Source of the DNA: the human T2T-CHM13v2.0 reference genome, Homo sapiens
Length of the DNA: 64,000 nucleotides
Assembly (NCBI RefSeq): GCF_009914755.1
Contig: NC_060935.1
Direction: 5' to 3' (one strand)
Shown: positions 19,636-38,884 of the stretch, piece after piece
Layout of the letters: each line of letters opens with the position of its first letter
How positions within the stretch are numbered: position 1 is the stretch's first letter
Translations under genes and position numbers: made by a program
Notes under the pieces: generated by a model
The model's input: only the letters and a program-made list of their open reading frames with translations
Databases searched by the model: none
What the model was told of the DNA's origin: nothing

Positions 19636-19654
19636 TAAAGAATGCTAAAAGACT

Positions 19655-22800
<3,146 letters not shown>

Positions 22801-23511
22801 CCAGAAAAGCCCTATGGGTGTCTAGAAGGAGAAATTATCACCAAGCATTGTATAGGCCTTATATGAGAGAGAGAATTCGTGTGGGTGTCAGAAGCAGGCA
22901 CACACTGGGGCATTGGAATTTAAGCACAGAGGAAGTAGACATTTTTATGTGACAATTATGTGGAATATAGGATTCAGCATTTGAACATCATGTAAAAAGA
23001 ATAAAATTAAATGTTAAGAAAATCAAGGGATAAAGCAGTTCTCACCAAGGAAGTTTTCTTTTAAAAATTCTTTCTTATTCATTTTCTAATCTGTTTTATA
23101 ATATTAAAGTAAATAAACTTCCCTGTGAGGGCCCAAGATTAATGAAACCTCTAGGCCTTGTATTTGAGAAAATCACATTTTTATTTGATATTTCTTTTAG
23201 TATCAGATATCTATCTCCTGAGGGTCTTGGCGTAAATCTAAGAAGAATTCTTCCATTTTAAAATTTGTTATATATTCATTTATTAAACCTTTACTAAGTC
23301 TTACTATTCTAAGGCAATTACAAAAGCTCTCTTCAGTCCTTACCTCTCTCTTGTCTTCAGTACTGCATACTTGACTGCCTCATGGATCTTGCCATCTGGA
23401 TGTCAACGTGATAATATCATCTTTTGTATAGGTAGTTGAATTTGGTTTGTACATATTTTGTTAATATTCATTACTTTGTTGTTTTATCCATGAGAGAGAT
23501 TGGCCTTTAAG

Positions 23512-23808
23512 TTTGTTGTTGTTGTTTGAGATAGAGTCTTGCTCTGTCACCCAGGCTTGAGTGCAGTGATACAATCTTGGCTCACTGCAACCTCCGCTCC
23601 CCAGACCCAAGCGATCCTCACACCTCAGCCTCTTGAGTAGCTGGGACCACAGGCACACACCACCATGCCTGGCTATTTTTTGTATTTTTGAAAGAGACAG
23701 GGTCTTGCCATGTTGCCCAGGATGGTTTCAAACTCTTGGGCTCAAACAATGCTTCTGCCTCGGCCTCCCAAAGTGCTGGCATTGCAGGCATGAGCCGCTG
23801 TGCCCAGC
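23512..23808 (-). mobile_element. AluJ-like
   Basis: Reverse Alu dimer with (ttg)n tail; TSD-like tggcctt flanks. Confidence 0.9.
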
Positions 23809-24301
23809 TGGCCTTAGTTTGTCATGTAATGTCTTTTTTGAATTTTGTATCAGGGTTATATGATGACCTGGTGAATTGTATTTTGATAATAGTGTAACTC
23901 TACCATCTTTCCTTTTTTTAATATTTGCATGACATCTATTTCTGTCTTCTTACTTTCACCTTTTTTTGATACTAACATTCGAATTGTGTCATTTACAAGC
24001 AGCCTAAAATTTGATTGTTAAAATTCAATCTGGCACTCCTTTTTCTTTTAATTAGAGTATTTACTTCAGTAATACTTGGTGTAATTACTGATGTATTTGG
24101 GTTTAAATCTACCCACCATGTTTCTGTTTGTTCTCTATTTGTTCAACCTATTCTATGTTCCTTTTTCTCTCCTTTATTGCCTTTTAAAAATTAGTCCATT
24201 TCTTCATCTGCTCTCTTATTTGTTATACATTATTTTATTATTCATTTTGAGGTTACTTTGGTGATCACAACCTACATGATTGTCTTAGGAAAGACTAACA
24301 T

Positions 24302-24619
<318 letters not shown>

Positions 24620-27164
24620 CTAACATAAATTAGTAATTTTACCTCTTCCAGGACATTGTAATTGCAAGGACCTTGGATCATGTTAACTACATTAATTCTA
24701 TTCTTTCCTTTTGTGCCACTACCATATATTTTAATTCCACATATATATTGAACTCCCCCAAAATTATTATTTTGTACAGTCTGTATTAATCTGTAATTAC
24801 CATATACTTACACTTTCCATTGCTTTTTTTCCCATTTTTTCCCATTTTTCCCATTCATTGCTTCGGTTGTATTTGTGATTATTTTATTCTGCCTGAAGAA
24901 AATGTTTTTAATAGTTCTTTTAATATAGGTCTCCTGCAGGTGAACTAACTCAATTTTCTTTATCTTAGAATATCTCTATCTGCCTTTAATTTTTGATGGA
25001 AATTTGATTGTTAGCAATTTTTGTCTTCTGGCTTCCCTTATTTTAGTTCTGACTGTTGCTCTCTTGAGTGTAATTTATCTTTTTTCTTTTGGCTGTTCTT
25101 AGTAATTTTATTTCCTGTTGTCTTTTCACATTTTACTATGATGGTCCTAGTTTTGCATTTTTGCTTTTGTATCTATGTTTATCTTCTTTGTAGTTTATTG
25201 TGTTTCTTTAATCTGTGGTTTGCAATCTTGAATCATTTTGGAAGCTTGGCCATTGTTTTTGAATATTGCTTTTACTCCATTCTTTCTTTCCTCTTTTTTG
25301 GAATTCTGGTCATATGTATGTTAGGTTTTCTCACCATGTCTCTTATGCTTTTTTTTTTTTTTGTATCTTCCAAATTATTTCCAATCTCTTCCTCAATCTG
25401 AATAGTTTCTAATGAACTGCGTTTCATGTCCCTAATTCTCTCTTTGGCTATTTGTGAGCTGCTTTTAAGCCCATCTATAGAATTCTTAATTTTAATTATT
25501 ATAATTTTCTGTTTTCCATTTGGTCTGATTTTTATTTTATTTAACTGTTTTCTATAGAGCCATTTCTGGGATAAAGTTATCTAGTTTGTCCTCTGTTTCC
25601 TTGAGTATATTAACCAGTTATCTTATAGTCCATTCTGATAACTCTATTCTGTATTCTGTATGTCTGTTTCTATAACATATTCCTTAAGCTTGGTATGTGT
25701 TCTTATCCTTGTGTCTGTCTAGTAATTTTTATTTTATTTCACACATTGTTTTTTAAAAAATTATTGTGATAATTTGAGAGTCTTGAAGGTGCCTTCCTCC
25801 AGATACCACTTAATGTTGCTTTTGGCAGGCAATTCATCTAAGACTATGTTACCCTAATGCAATAAAGCTTGAGTTGATTGGAAACTGAATTTCAGTACTT
25901 GTGTAATAATCTATTTTTTGTTGACCTTTCTACTAGTTTAATCCCAGTTTTAGCCCTTTAGAGCCCCATCTGAAATTCTGGGGCTATTTCCTGGTCATAT
26001 CCACCTGGATGGGTCCTGAACTCTAATATTTATCTCCTGTATCCAATGAAGCTGCCGAAAGTTCTCCTCAGTTTCTTCAGCTCTCAGCATCCGCTTGCAA
26101 ATAAGTAGGCCATTAGTGGAATACCTGCTCCAATGTTGGGCTCACCTGTTTTCACTTTTCTTTGTTCCCTCAAGTCTTAGCCGTTTTTATAGCTCTCTGA
26201 TTCCTTCAAATGGGTAATTATAATTGTCTTATCTAGCTTTTCTAGTTTTGCTCTCTGGAAGAGTTGGTCTGATCAAGTTAAACTGCTGTAAACAGAAATA
26301 GATGTTTCCAAATGTATTGATTTTTATTGTTTCCTGGGATACAAGCTCTACAGTCATTGGTACTTTATTTTCTTTGTATCTCAGGTGACTAGAAAAGTGC
26401 CTGACATTTAGTAGAAGCTCAGTAAATATTTATTTGTTGTTTGTTTTTATAGTTGAGCACTGGACAGTCTTAACTCCTGAGATGAATATGTCTGCAACTC
26501 AGTGATCATGGGACTGCCTATTACATATTAGTGAGTGGTAAAGGTTTGGGACCTGCTAGATTGTTATTCCAGAGTGGGGAAAGATTACTCCACTGAATAA
26601 ATTTTAAAAGGGTTACTGAGTGAGAGAAATATAATTGTGTTTTATTATTTCTAAAATATATTTTGTTAAAGTCAATGTGTGAGCTACAAATGAATGACTA
26701 AATCAGTTTTTAAAAAGTATTTCTTGAAGGGAAGGAAGGACAATGGTTAGTAAAGATAATGCTTTCAAAGTATTACTTGATGCTAACATGACTAGGTCTA
26801 TATACACATTATCTTCTTACAGAACCCTTACTGCTAACATGCTACTCTCTCCCAGATTATCATGTATTCACCTTTGACAGACCCCTGTGCCACAGACTCC
26901 TATTTGGTCTCTACCCAGATTTGTATTTCTGGCACGGGAACCTTGCCCTTTAGTCTACTTAGGAGTTGTACTGTCAATCACCAACCGACACTGCATGTTT
27001 CTCTTAGTGCTTTTAAAAAGAAACTACCTTGTAACAATAAAAATTCTCAATCAGCAGCAGGGAATCTAGATTAGAGGAAAAAAAGTACAGTTTCTCCTTC
27101 CTAATTACAAATTAACTCCTAAATATAAAAAGAGTATGATATATTGTTTATAAAAATGCTTCCT

Positions 27165-27620
27165 ACAATTTTTCTCTTTTCTGTATGCATTCCTTGCATA
27201 ATGTCTATCAACACTTTCCATCAAGAGGTGAAGTCTGTTACTATAGCCCTTGAATCTGAACTGAGCTATTTGACTTGCCTTGGCTAATAGGATATTAGAA
27301 AACAGGGCACAGTCAGAAACTTTAAAAGTTCTGGTGCACTGGGATTGCCCTACATTGTTACTTTGAAACAAGACCACTCTTCCTTTGGAAAAACTTGGGC
27401 TAACCTGCTAAATGCTGGAGACATATGGTCCATTCATCATCTTTACCCCAACCAGCTTCCCAATGTGTAAGTGAGGCCATGTGGAACCAACTAGGCCTCA
27501 GTCAACCCACTATCAAAAGAATCACCAAGCTGAGCCCAACTTAGATTGCTGACCCATAGAATCATAAGAAGCTACTACATTTTATGGTAGTTTGTTACAT
27601 AGCAAAAATTAAGTGATCCA
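27165..27620 (+). mobile_element. MLT1 (MaLR) LTR
   Basis: ttccatcaagaggtgaagtct...cccttgaatctgaactg...gctgacccatagaatcataag...gtttgttacatagcaa. Confidence 0.75.
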
Positions 27621-29269
27621 GAGAGAATCATGACCATCATTATTAATCATTTTCATGGACCATTTTTATGTTTTTCTCAGTTGTGTATGTCTGCATTCTA
27701 CATTTGTTTGCATATTATGGTAGTATTCATTACTGTGCTTGAGATTAAAGATGTATAATTACTTAAAGCCTTTATTTAATACTATTGGTTAGGCTGGAAG
27801 AGTGTTACATCCTAGGAGGATAAACGAATAGATGTTTTTCTTCCTGTGCTGTCTCAGAAAGTTAGTTCCAAATTCAAAGTTTTTCTTGAAAATTTGTGAA
27901 CAGATTTTATATTTTTAAATTGCTTTATCCAGCAGCCCTGATTCTACATAAATAAGTCTTCTGTCTGTGAAATAAAATTATTTATTCCTGGACAGCAAAA
28001 GTACCCTTTTATATCAAGCACCTTAGAAACCATGGGAATTTTAGATTTCTGTAGCCAAGATGGATGAGCACTTATTAACTACAGGATGCCCAACCTTGTG
28101 AGTGGACTGATTTTTATAATTTGTGAAGCAATTTGTTCTTAACTCCTCTTATTAGATTGTATGCCGTTAGAAGAATGATGAAGGTCCATGTTCCATGTTC
28201 AATTCTAATAAGTACACAGTGAATGGTAGCTATTCTTGTATCACTCAGTCTCAGATATATACTAGAGCACCTTAGTCGTTTATAGCAAAATAGATTTATA
28301 ACTTGTACTACAAGTGCAGATGACTTGCCAGTATCAGGATTAACAATACTTATTACAGTCAGAGAACCTCAGAAATGGCTGCCTACAACCAAGGTATTGT
28401 TTGCATTCTACTGCTGCGTCCGTTGACTTTTAGTGGGGTTGGATTGAGAAAGTGTTCTCATTTAAAATGTGTTCTGGATCACAAGCAACATTCTACTTAC
28501 ATCCTGGAGAACACAGGATGTTACTTTTCTGTTACTTTTAACACTTGTAAAATGCACATGCAAAAATACTGAAAATTAAAGTGAAAGGAAAAAGGAAGAA
28601 TGGAGGAAAAGAAGAAGTAAAGGAAAGAAGAGAGCAATGGAAGGGGAGTGGGTGAGGGAAAAGTGGGCATGTAATCTGCCTATCTAGGAAAATTAGCCTA
28701 ACGTAATTGCATATATGAGATAATGAGCAGAGTCTAAAGTTGTGGCTGAGTTTTCAACAGTTGGTAAGCAAACTTCAATGATGTTTCCTTTATTCAGAGA
28801 ACAATTCATTTCTAGAAACACATAACTGATGTAGCATCAGAAAACTCTGTCTTAAACACATTTATTTTGTGGTGGTGCATCATTTTTTTATATACTTTCA
28901 TACTTGTACATTATAATGTTGAGCTTTGTACCACAATGATTATTACATCTTTGTTATTTACTCATAGTGAGTTATGAAACTATATGAATATTTTCTGTTA
29001 AACAGCTAAGCTTGAGGACATCCAAGAATGCAAACATCCTCTATAAGATCTTATGTTTATTTTTACAAGTACATTAGCTGTAAGCAGGATAATAACTATA
29101 ATATCTAAGGAATTAAGACTGGACAGTAGCGATTTGTTATAGGCTTTTGCTGCAGTATGAAGAAGATTTCTGTAGTTGAAGATAATCCCTGAATCCTAAA
29201 AGGACTGTAGAAAATGCATAAGACAAAAATTGTACTTACATTTAAAAAAATAGCAAAACTGCCCAAGTA

Positions 29270-29510
29270 CAGTATGGAGGAAATAGGCTTAGCAGCAGTG
29301 TACATGAAAAAGACTAAAGGGATTTAGGCAATGTAAGTCAACAGTGTGAAATAAATTCTAAAACTAATTTCATCTTGAGCTTGAGCTCTATTAATATAAC
29401 TAGAACAAGGGGAGCAAGGATTTACTTTATTCTTGCTGATCGTTATGGAATTCAGATCTAGGGACATAGGCAGACTGGAACACATTTAGAAAAGAGCAGC
29501 CAGCATGGAG
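29270..29510 (+). mobile_element. L3/CR1 fragment
   Basis: agcagtgtacatgaaaaagact...gtcaacagtgtga...actggaacacatttagaaaagagcagccagcatg. Confidence 0.5.
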
Positions 29511-29557
29511 AATATTTTTTTATATGGGGTGTGGCTAAAGAAACAAAATATACATGG

Positions 29558-29930
29558 TGATATGGTTTGGCTCTATGTCCCCATCCAAATCTCACCTCAA
29601 ATTGTAATCTCCATAATCTCCATTTGGCAAGGGCAGGACCAGGTGAAGGAATCCAGTCTTGTAGGCGGTTTCCCCCATGCTGTTCTGGTGATAGTGAGTG
29701 AGCTCTCACAAGATCTGATGGTTTTATATGCATCTGGCATCTCCCAGGCTTGCACTTACTCCGTCCTCCCTCCCGCCCTGTGAAGAAGGTGCCTGCTTCC
29801 CCTTTGCCTTCCACCATGATTATAAATTTCCTTACAATCATGAGAACTGTGAGTCAACTAAATCTCTTTCCTTTACAAATTACCCAGACTCAAGCAGTTC
29901 TTTATAGCAGTATGAGAATGAACTAACATA
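29558..29930 (+). mobile_element. MSTA-like MaLR solo LTR
   Basis: tgatatggtttggctc...gaactaacata termini; 5-bp TSD catgg at 29553-29557 and 29931-29935. Confidence 0.9.
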
Positions 29931-29942
29931 CATGGTTTAAAG

Positions 29943-30157
29943 CAAGCTTGTCCAACCCACGGCCCAAAGACCACATGCAGCCCAGGACAGCTTTGAATGT
30001 GGCCCAACACAAATTTATAAACTTTCTTAAAACATCATGAGATTTTTTTTTTTTTTAGCTCATTAGTTATCCTTAGTGTTAGTGTATTGTATATGTGACC
30101 CAAGACAATTTTTCGTCTTCCAGTGGCCCAGGGAAGCCAAAAGATTGGACACCCCTG
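29943..30157. mobile_element. MER30 hAT-Charlie MITE
   Basis: Termini caagcttgtccaa / ttggacacccctg; internal cagcccaggacagctttgaatgtggcccaacacaaatt. Confidence 0.88.
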
Positions 30158-30199
30158 CTTTGGAGTAAAGAAGACTTAAAGAACATGATAGCTATAGTA

Positions 30200-30660
30200 G
30201 TTAGCATGTTTTCAATTACAAGTAAAATCATAACCCATCAAAGTGTTTTAAGTAACAAAGATAATTTATGGGTTCTTATAACTTAAAACTTCAGGAGTAC
30301 ATTGTATTTTAGGTGAGGCTCAATTCAGTGGCCTGGTTAATCTTTCTCTCTACTTTGCTTTCTATAGTGTTGGCCAAAATTGGCTGGCACTGTCTCCTTC
30401 CTTGGGACAATTTAACTGCTGGTTTGCTAGCAATAATCAGAGCTGTGTGCTGCTTCTTTCATATCAAGCAAGTGTTAGAAAAACCTTCTTTCCCCAGTAG
30501 CTCGATGGAAAAAAGAAGAATCTTCTTTCCCCTGACCCCAGGAAGTATCTCTTGTATCTCACTGGCCAGAGTTGTGACTTGTGCCAATTTCTGAACCAAT
30601 TATAATGGGCCATTGGGATAATGTACACAAAGTAGTGTAGCTAATCAAAAATCTACCTCT
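30200..30660 (-). mobile_element. Old MLT1 (J/K/L-like) LTR remnant
   Basis: tctcttgtatctcactggccagagttgtgacttgtgccaatttctgaaccaat motif. Confidence 0.5.
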
Positions 30661-30674
30661 TGAGCAGAGATATT

Positions 30675-31080
30675 ATATCTATCAGGCTACTAGGAGAAAC
30701 AGAATCAATAAGAAGTAGATAAATATATATATATGATATCTTATTATATGAAGAAATTTATTTCAAGGAGTTAACTCACCTGATTGTGGGGTCTGACATA
30801 TGTGAAATCTGTAGGACAGGCCAGCAGGCTGGAAACTATCTGGTAGAAGCTGATGTCGTGGTCTTGAGGCAGAATTTCTTCTTCCTCTGGGAAACTTCAG
30901 GCCTTTCAACTGATTGGATGAGGCACATCTACATTATTAAGGATAATAGCTTTTAATTAAAGTCAGTTGATTGTAGATATTACACATATTTACAAAATAC
31001 CTTCATAGCAACACATAAGTTAGGGTTTGATTAAATAACTGGGCACTGTAGCTTAGCCAAGTTGACATATAAACTACCAT
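30675..31080 (-). mobile_element. MLT2 (ERVL) LTR
   Basis: agaaacagaatcaata...ggccagcaggctggaaact...caactgattggatgaggc...cttagccaagttgacata. Confidence 0.8.
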
Positions 31081-31511
31081 GGATGTGATCAATCTTTCCC
31101 AAAATATGTAACTGAAATTATGAGTTCCTTTTAGAATTGACAGATTGGAAACTAAGGTAGCCAACAAATATCCTTTACAGTAACTAACAGTACATGTATG
31201 AAAGGCTGCTCTGGGGAATAGGTTTTCAACTTGCTTGACATAGGGGAGTACTAGGGACAAAAGTTATAGAAATAGTGATAAAATAGCTATCAAGTAAAAA
31301 AGAACTGTTTAACAAAACAGTAGTGAGTTCCTATTACTGAGAATGTTCAAACGTGAGCTGAGGACTGTGGTGTAAGACCCCAGATTAAGGCCTAGTTATT
31401 ATGTGTTCCTTAACTTCTGGGGAAAGTAGTGTTTTGCTTAAGTGGAGTTCACTAGAAAACAGGTATAATTTTATTTTACTCATATTAATATCAAATAGTA
31501 CCTGAGATATT

Positions 31512-31560
31512 ATGTCTGTCAGGATTCTCCAGAGAAACAGAACCAGTAGTATGTACACAC
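31512..31560 (-). mobile_element. Terminal fragment of a second MLT2 LTR, running into a simple-repeat expansion
   Basis: gtcaggattctccagagaaacagaaccagtag is MLT2 terminal sequence. Confidence 0.6.
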
Positions 31561-31834
31561 GCACACACAGACTATATATATATGTGTGTGTGTACATATA
31601 TATGTACTCTCCGCACTATATATACATGTATTCTCCACACTATATATATATGTACTCTCCACACTATATATATATGTATTCTCCACACTATATATATATA
31701 TATGTACTCTCCGCACTATATATATGTACATATATATGAGTGCATATATATGTACATGCACACACACACACACGTCTCACTATATATATAACCCATATAT
31801 ATACCATATGTATATATATAGAGAGAGAGAGACA

Positions 31835-31872
<38 letters not shown>
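31555..31872. repeat. Complex TA/CA/GA array containing a 24-bp minisatellite (atgtaytctccrcactatatatat, about 5 copies, 31602-31725) and a (TG)n tract (31836-31872)
   Basis: Directly visible; gives the MYSPHYIY repeats in the ORF track. Confidence 0.92.
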
Positions 31873-31873
<1 letters not shown>

Positions 31874-32319
31874 CATGAGGCATTTTATTTGTAAATTTGT
31901 ATTACATCTCTAGAAAAAGAATTGCAGCATTTTCCCTCTGTGTGTTTTCTTCTTGCATCTTCGTGGTCCATGAGGCCGGCTGAGGTTGTCATTACAATGA
32001 AACCAAACTGGCAGGATGGAAACAGATTATTCTGCCATTTTTCTAGATCTTTGAGTTGTACATCAAATCTGGGGGCTGATCACTCCACACTTGTTTAGCC
32101 TGCCTGTGAGGTTCACAACAATTTTCCTAGCAATGTGATCATCAGTGATTTCAGATTCGCCCATGTAATCATGCTGCATCATCACATTGAGAAACCGGAC
32201 AATAACTTCGGAGCTCGGCCTAATAAGAACCTCATTTGCCTCTCTTTCTGGCATTGTTGATGCTCTTGAGAGCATCAGCCAGGACATCCATGTGCACCAT
32301 TGTGGTGGCGTGGAAGGAG
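31873..32319 (-). pseudogene. RPS15A processed pseudogene (ATG at 32300, TAG at 31912-31910)
   Basis: Intronless copy reading [17 protein letters not shown].../[20 protein letters not shown]...[18 protein letters not shown]. Partial 5'UTR (cgccaccacaATG) and 3'UTR with AATAAA (31889-31884). Three frameshifts (-2 creating TGA, +1, -1) relative to RPS15A as recalled. Confidence 0.95.
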
Positions 32320-32349
32320 CTATAATTTATATTTTTAATATACATATAT

Positions 32350-33635
32350 AAATAAATTAATTTTTTCTCAAATAGCCTAGCCACAAGTTTCTCTCCCCAC
32401 TGTATTCTTGCAGATAAGGTTACCTAGCCAAACAACCCTTTTTATCAAGGGGATCAGGCATAATTTTTGCTTATCCCTCATTAGCAGGTTCAATTCCTGC
32501 CAGCTCAAGGGATTATCCAAACAAGCCAATCACATTCTTCTGGGGACCAGGGGGCAACCCAACCTCTTAAAATCTCCTTCTCACAGCCCCTGGTTTTGCA
32601 GTCTCTTCCTGAGTGCAACCCCTATGTGACCCTGCATGGCAAGTAATGTCTTCTTCCCTTCGGCTGGGAGGGGAATATATGTGATTAATAAACTTTTGAC
32701 TCAGAAGACTTGCATGCAGCCAATAAACATATGAAAAAAGCTCAACATCACTGATCATTAGAGAAATGCAAATCAGAACCACAATGAGATATCGCCTCAC
32801 ACCATCCAGAATGGCTGTTATTAAAAAGTCAAAGAATAATAGATGCTGGCGAGGTTGCAGAGAAAAAGGAATGCTTATACACTGTAGTGGAAGTGTAAAT
32901 TAGCTCAACTGTTGTGGAAGACCGTGTAATGACTCCTCAAAGACCTAAAGTCAGAAATACCATTCAACCCAGCAATGCCACCACTGGGTATATACCCAAA
33001 GGAGTATAAATTGTTGTATTGTAAAGACACATGTGCACATATGTTCATTGCAGCACTATTCACAATAGCAAAAACATGGAATCAACCTAAATGCCCATTA
33101 ATGGTAGACTGGATAAAGAAATGTGGTACATATACACCATGCAATACTAAGCAGCCATAAAACAGAATGAGAACATGGCCTTTGCAGGAACATGGATGGA
33201 GCTGTAGGCCATTATCCTTAGCAAACTAATGCAGGAACAGAAAACCAAATACCACATGCTCGTGGTTATAAGTGAGAACTAAATGATGACCACACATGGA
33301 CACATAGAGGGGAACAACACACACTGGGGCCTACCAGAGTGGGGAGGGTGGGAGGAAGGAGAGGATCAGGAAAAATAACTAATGGATACTAGGCTTAATA
33401 CCTGGGTGATGAAATAACCTGTACAATAAACCCCCATGATACAAGTTTGCCTATATAACAAACCTGCACATGTACCCCTGAACTTAAAAGTTAAATAAAA
33501 TAAATAAAATAAAACAAACTTCTGTTTCATCTGGCCAGTGTTGGGCCAGATGAAATCCTGTGTTTGGCCATATTCACAACTTAGAATTGGAATCCCTCTC
33601 TCACCAATGGTATATACAGGAGGTAGTTAAAACAA
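32350..33635 (+). mobile_element. ERV-type LTR (family not determined) split by an L1 insertion at its AATAAA
   Basis: LTR-like U3/R sequence ending gtgattaataaactt, resuming after the L1 tail as caaacttctgtttcatc... to a taaaaca terminus. Confidence 0.45.
32700..33514 (+). mobile_element. 5'-truncated older L1PA (about PA10-PA15)
   Basis: ORF2 C-terminus; 3'UTR ggatcaggaaaaataactaatgg...acccctgaacttaaaag; (taaaa)n tail. Confidence 0.92.
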
Positions 33636-34880
33636 TGACTCTCCTTTCTGTCCACTTACACAGCAGTGATGTTGTATTGGGGAAAAATTCAAATATCAGT
33701 TATGTGATAGTAACAATTGACTTGTGAGTTGCCTTTCAATAGCAAGATTCTGTTATTTCTGTGTTTCCAATGCTAGTATTAGCATTTTAATTTTCCCAAT
33801 AAGAACAGGGCAATTTGTTGATTATTCTGTTAGTGGCACCCATCAGATTATTTTGTAAACTGTTTATACATCTTTTCCTCTCAGCTCAAAGTACAGAAAG
33901 TCATGCTTTATTAATCTTTATGTACACTCCAAATAACATAATGCCTGACCCATAGCAAATATTCATTTACTTTCTCCATTGGAATTGTATTTAAAAATTA
34001 CTAATGAGCTGTTGAAGTTCACCTTAAACAACATACCATGTAAGTAAATATCATTAACGTAAATTATCCAACACTGTTGAAATCCAAACTCACTCTACCC
34101 ACCTTTAGACAGAGGGAATGACATCTTGAGAGCATTGCCCAATTTTCTCTTCTCATTCACCTTCCAAAATGCATGCTAGTTGCCTTAAGGCTTCTGAAGA
34201 ACCATAAAGGCAGCATCTCACTTTGTGTAGGAAGAAGAATTAGTATAGCTGCAAGGTGATCCCAATTCCTGCCTGTCTGTTGGTTCTGAATGCTCCATTC
34301 ACTTCAGAATCCCTGCTGAGAGATAATACATTGCTTCAGCAAGAAGGCATTTATTTTAGTCATAGTTTCATTCCTCAAGTTTATAGCTGCATAGCACCCT
34401 ATTCTAATTTATAGGAAAAACATGGAGAAAGCTAAAATGATTGGTTTGAACATATTTGACATCTTTTTTATGATTTATATTATAGTGTTGTATTTAAATT
34501 GGCTTACTCGTTATTCTTTTGATAGAATGACATATGCTTTTTTCTCTACCCAGAGATTTAAGAAATTTTTAAGAAAATATGAAAGACCTGGTTTGACATA
34601 GGAATTTTTCTAACTTATGAATATATTGTATCCCTTCACAAAGATATACAATAAATTGTGTTTATCAGCAGTAATAAAATTACATTAAACCAGCTCTGGT
34701 GTTTGAAACCCAAGATGTATAGTTTCCATATCCATGTCTTTATACAACACTAAGCACTCAATAAATATATATCGGTTAAATCATGTAATAATAGAATGTG
34801 CTCCCTTCCATTGATCATAGACTTTAGAAAGACTTCAATCTAACAGAAGTGTTTTCTCTATCTCCTGGGTTTACTCACAG

Positions 34881-35072
34881 TAAACAAATCCGAGCTATGC
34901 TGGGCCAGTTCAGCCAGGCAGAAGCCTTATTAATGAAAGCTGGAGTGCAGCCAGGAACTTTTGATGGAGTTCTTATGGATCTTGGGTGTTCCTCCATGCA
35001 ACTTGATACTCCTGAAAGAGGTTTTTCCCTTCGGAAAGATGGCCCTTTGGACATGAGAATGGATGGTGGCAG
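34881..35072 (+). CDS. METTL15: METTL15 internal coding exon (192 nt, phase 2/2), RsmH/MraW methyltransferase core
   Basis: Acceptor ttactcacag|T and donor GGCAG|gtgagt. Translation [64 protein letters not shown] contains the RsmH signature [28 protein letters not shown]. Confidence 0.97.
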
Positions 35073-35679
35073 GTGAGTATTCATAAAGCATTTCATCTCA
35101 CAACAAGAAATCAATTTGTCAAAAACACTCTGAATTTAATTTTTTTAAGACTACAGAATTTCCATTACATGCCTACACCTAACACTACCAATACATAATA
35201 AATCAGTTTGTTTCATACTCATTATACACATCAGTATTTCTCTGGATTTGGGATTTTTAAAGAAAAACAATGATTGCCTTTACACAAAATAGTGAAGAGG
35301 ATAACTTTCATACTGATTATCTTTTTTACTTACACAATATGGGTTTTAGAGTGTTAACCAATGTCAGTAAATATCATGATACTGCAACAACGATTTCATT
35401 TTTTTGCATGCCCAACTATGCCTCTTGTGAGAAGCAAAAAGAACTACATATATTTAATGCATCCTCTTTTAGCATACAGAAAAAAAAAAAAGGCAAGATC
35501 CTAGAAGTCAGTAAGTGTGTTTTGTCCTGTCTTATGCAGTCACTTTGTTTGAACCTTCTCCAGAGAAACTGTAATTTATGATATGATATCAAACACAGTA
35601 CTATAATAAGATATCTTTTACACCTCCTCTTCCTGGAAATACTAGCATTTATTCTCCATTATTCAAATAGATTAGATAA

Positions 35680-36036
<357 letters not shown>

Positions 36037-36718
36037 TAATTGTCTAAATTAATGTTAAAAGCTTAGATTAGGACCTGTGTCTATTCTCAGTACTGACCTA
36101 GGGAATGGACAGCCTATACCTGTAAAACTTAACTGTGGTTTTTTCTCTCATACCATGCCCCACCACAAACTGCTTTGTTTTGTGGTAATTATTCACATAT
36201 AGCCTTTTTCCCTATGTTGTGATATGACCTGTTAACTTGGCTTGTGACCTGTAGTTGTTGGGACTCTGTTGTTCCTAAGTGTTATACCTTCTTTTGCACA
36301 TGTTGTTGGTATTCACAGAATGAAGAATGTAATTATAAAAGAAAATAATAAAAATCCTTTAAAAACAAGTAACTAATAGTAAAGGTGAAATACAGTCTCA
36401 TGTGTGGAGATGGAGGTGGTTGTGTAGAGGTAATAAAACATCAAGCCAATTTCTGAAATGCAATGAACAAAACTTCTAGTTACTAGTAGTAAATCCCATA
36501 TTGTTAGTTTAAAGACTTATCAGCAAATTGTAGTTTGTGAATCAGGGTCCCTGTGGTTTTCCCAAGAGCTTGAAAATAACACTGACACTGAGAATTTAAA
36601 ATTAATACCTAATGGATGAAATTAGAGTTAAGTAAATATATCTTAAAATGTTGAATGGCTTTCAGGTAGATGGTATAGACTATAACTTAATCAAAAGATT
36701 TTTTTTTAGGAGAATACA

Positions 36719-38884
<2,166 letters not shown>

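Noticed and set aside
31602-31725. 24-bp repeats as a CRISPR-like array or MYSPHYIY repeat protein
   Set aside because: Head-to-tail minisatellite without unique spacers, in a eukaryotic TA-rich tract.
32063-32287. 74-aa ORF as functional RPS15A
   Set aside because: Frameshifted piece of an intronless pseudogene with an early in-frame TGA.
34849-34880. ORF-track N-terminal extensions of the METTL15 exons (also 41408-41427)
   Set aside because: They are intronic polypyrimidine tracts upstream of clear AG acceptors and begin at non-ATG codons.
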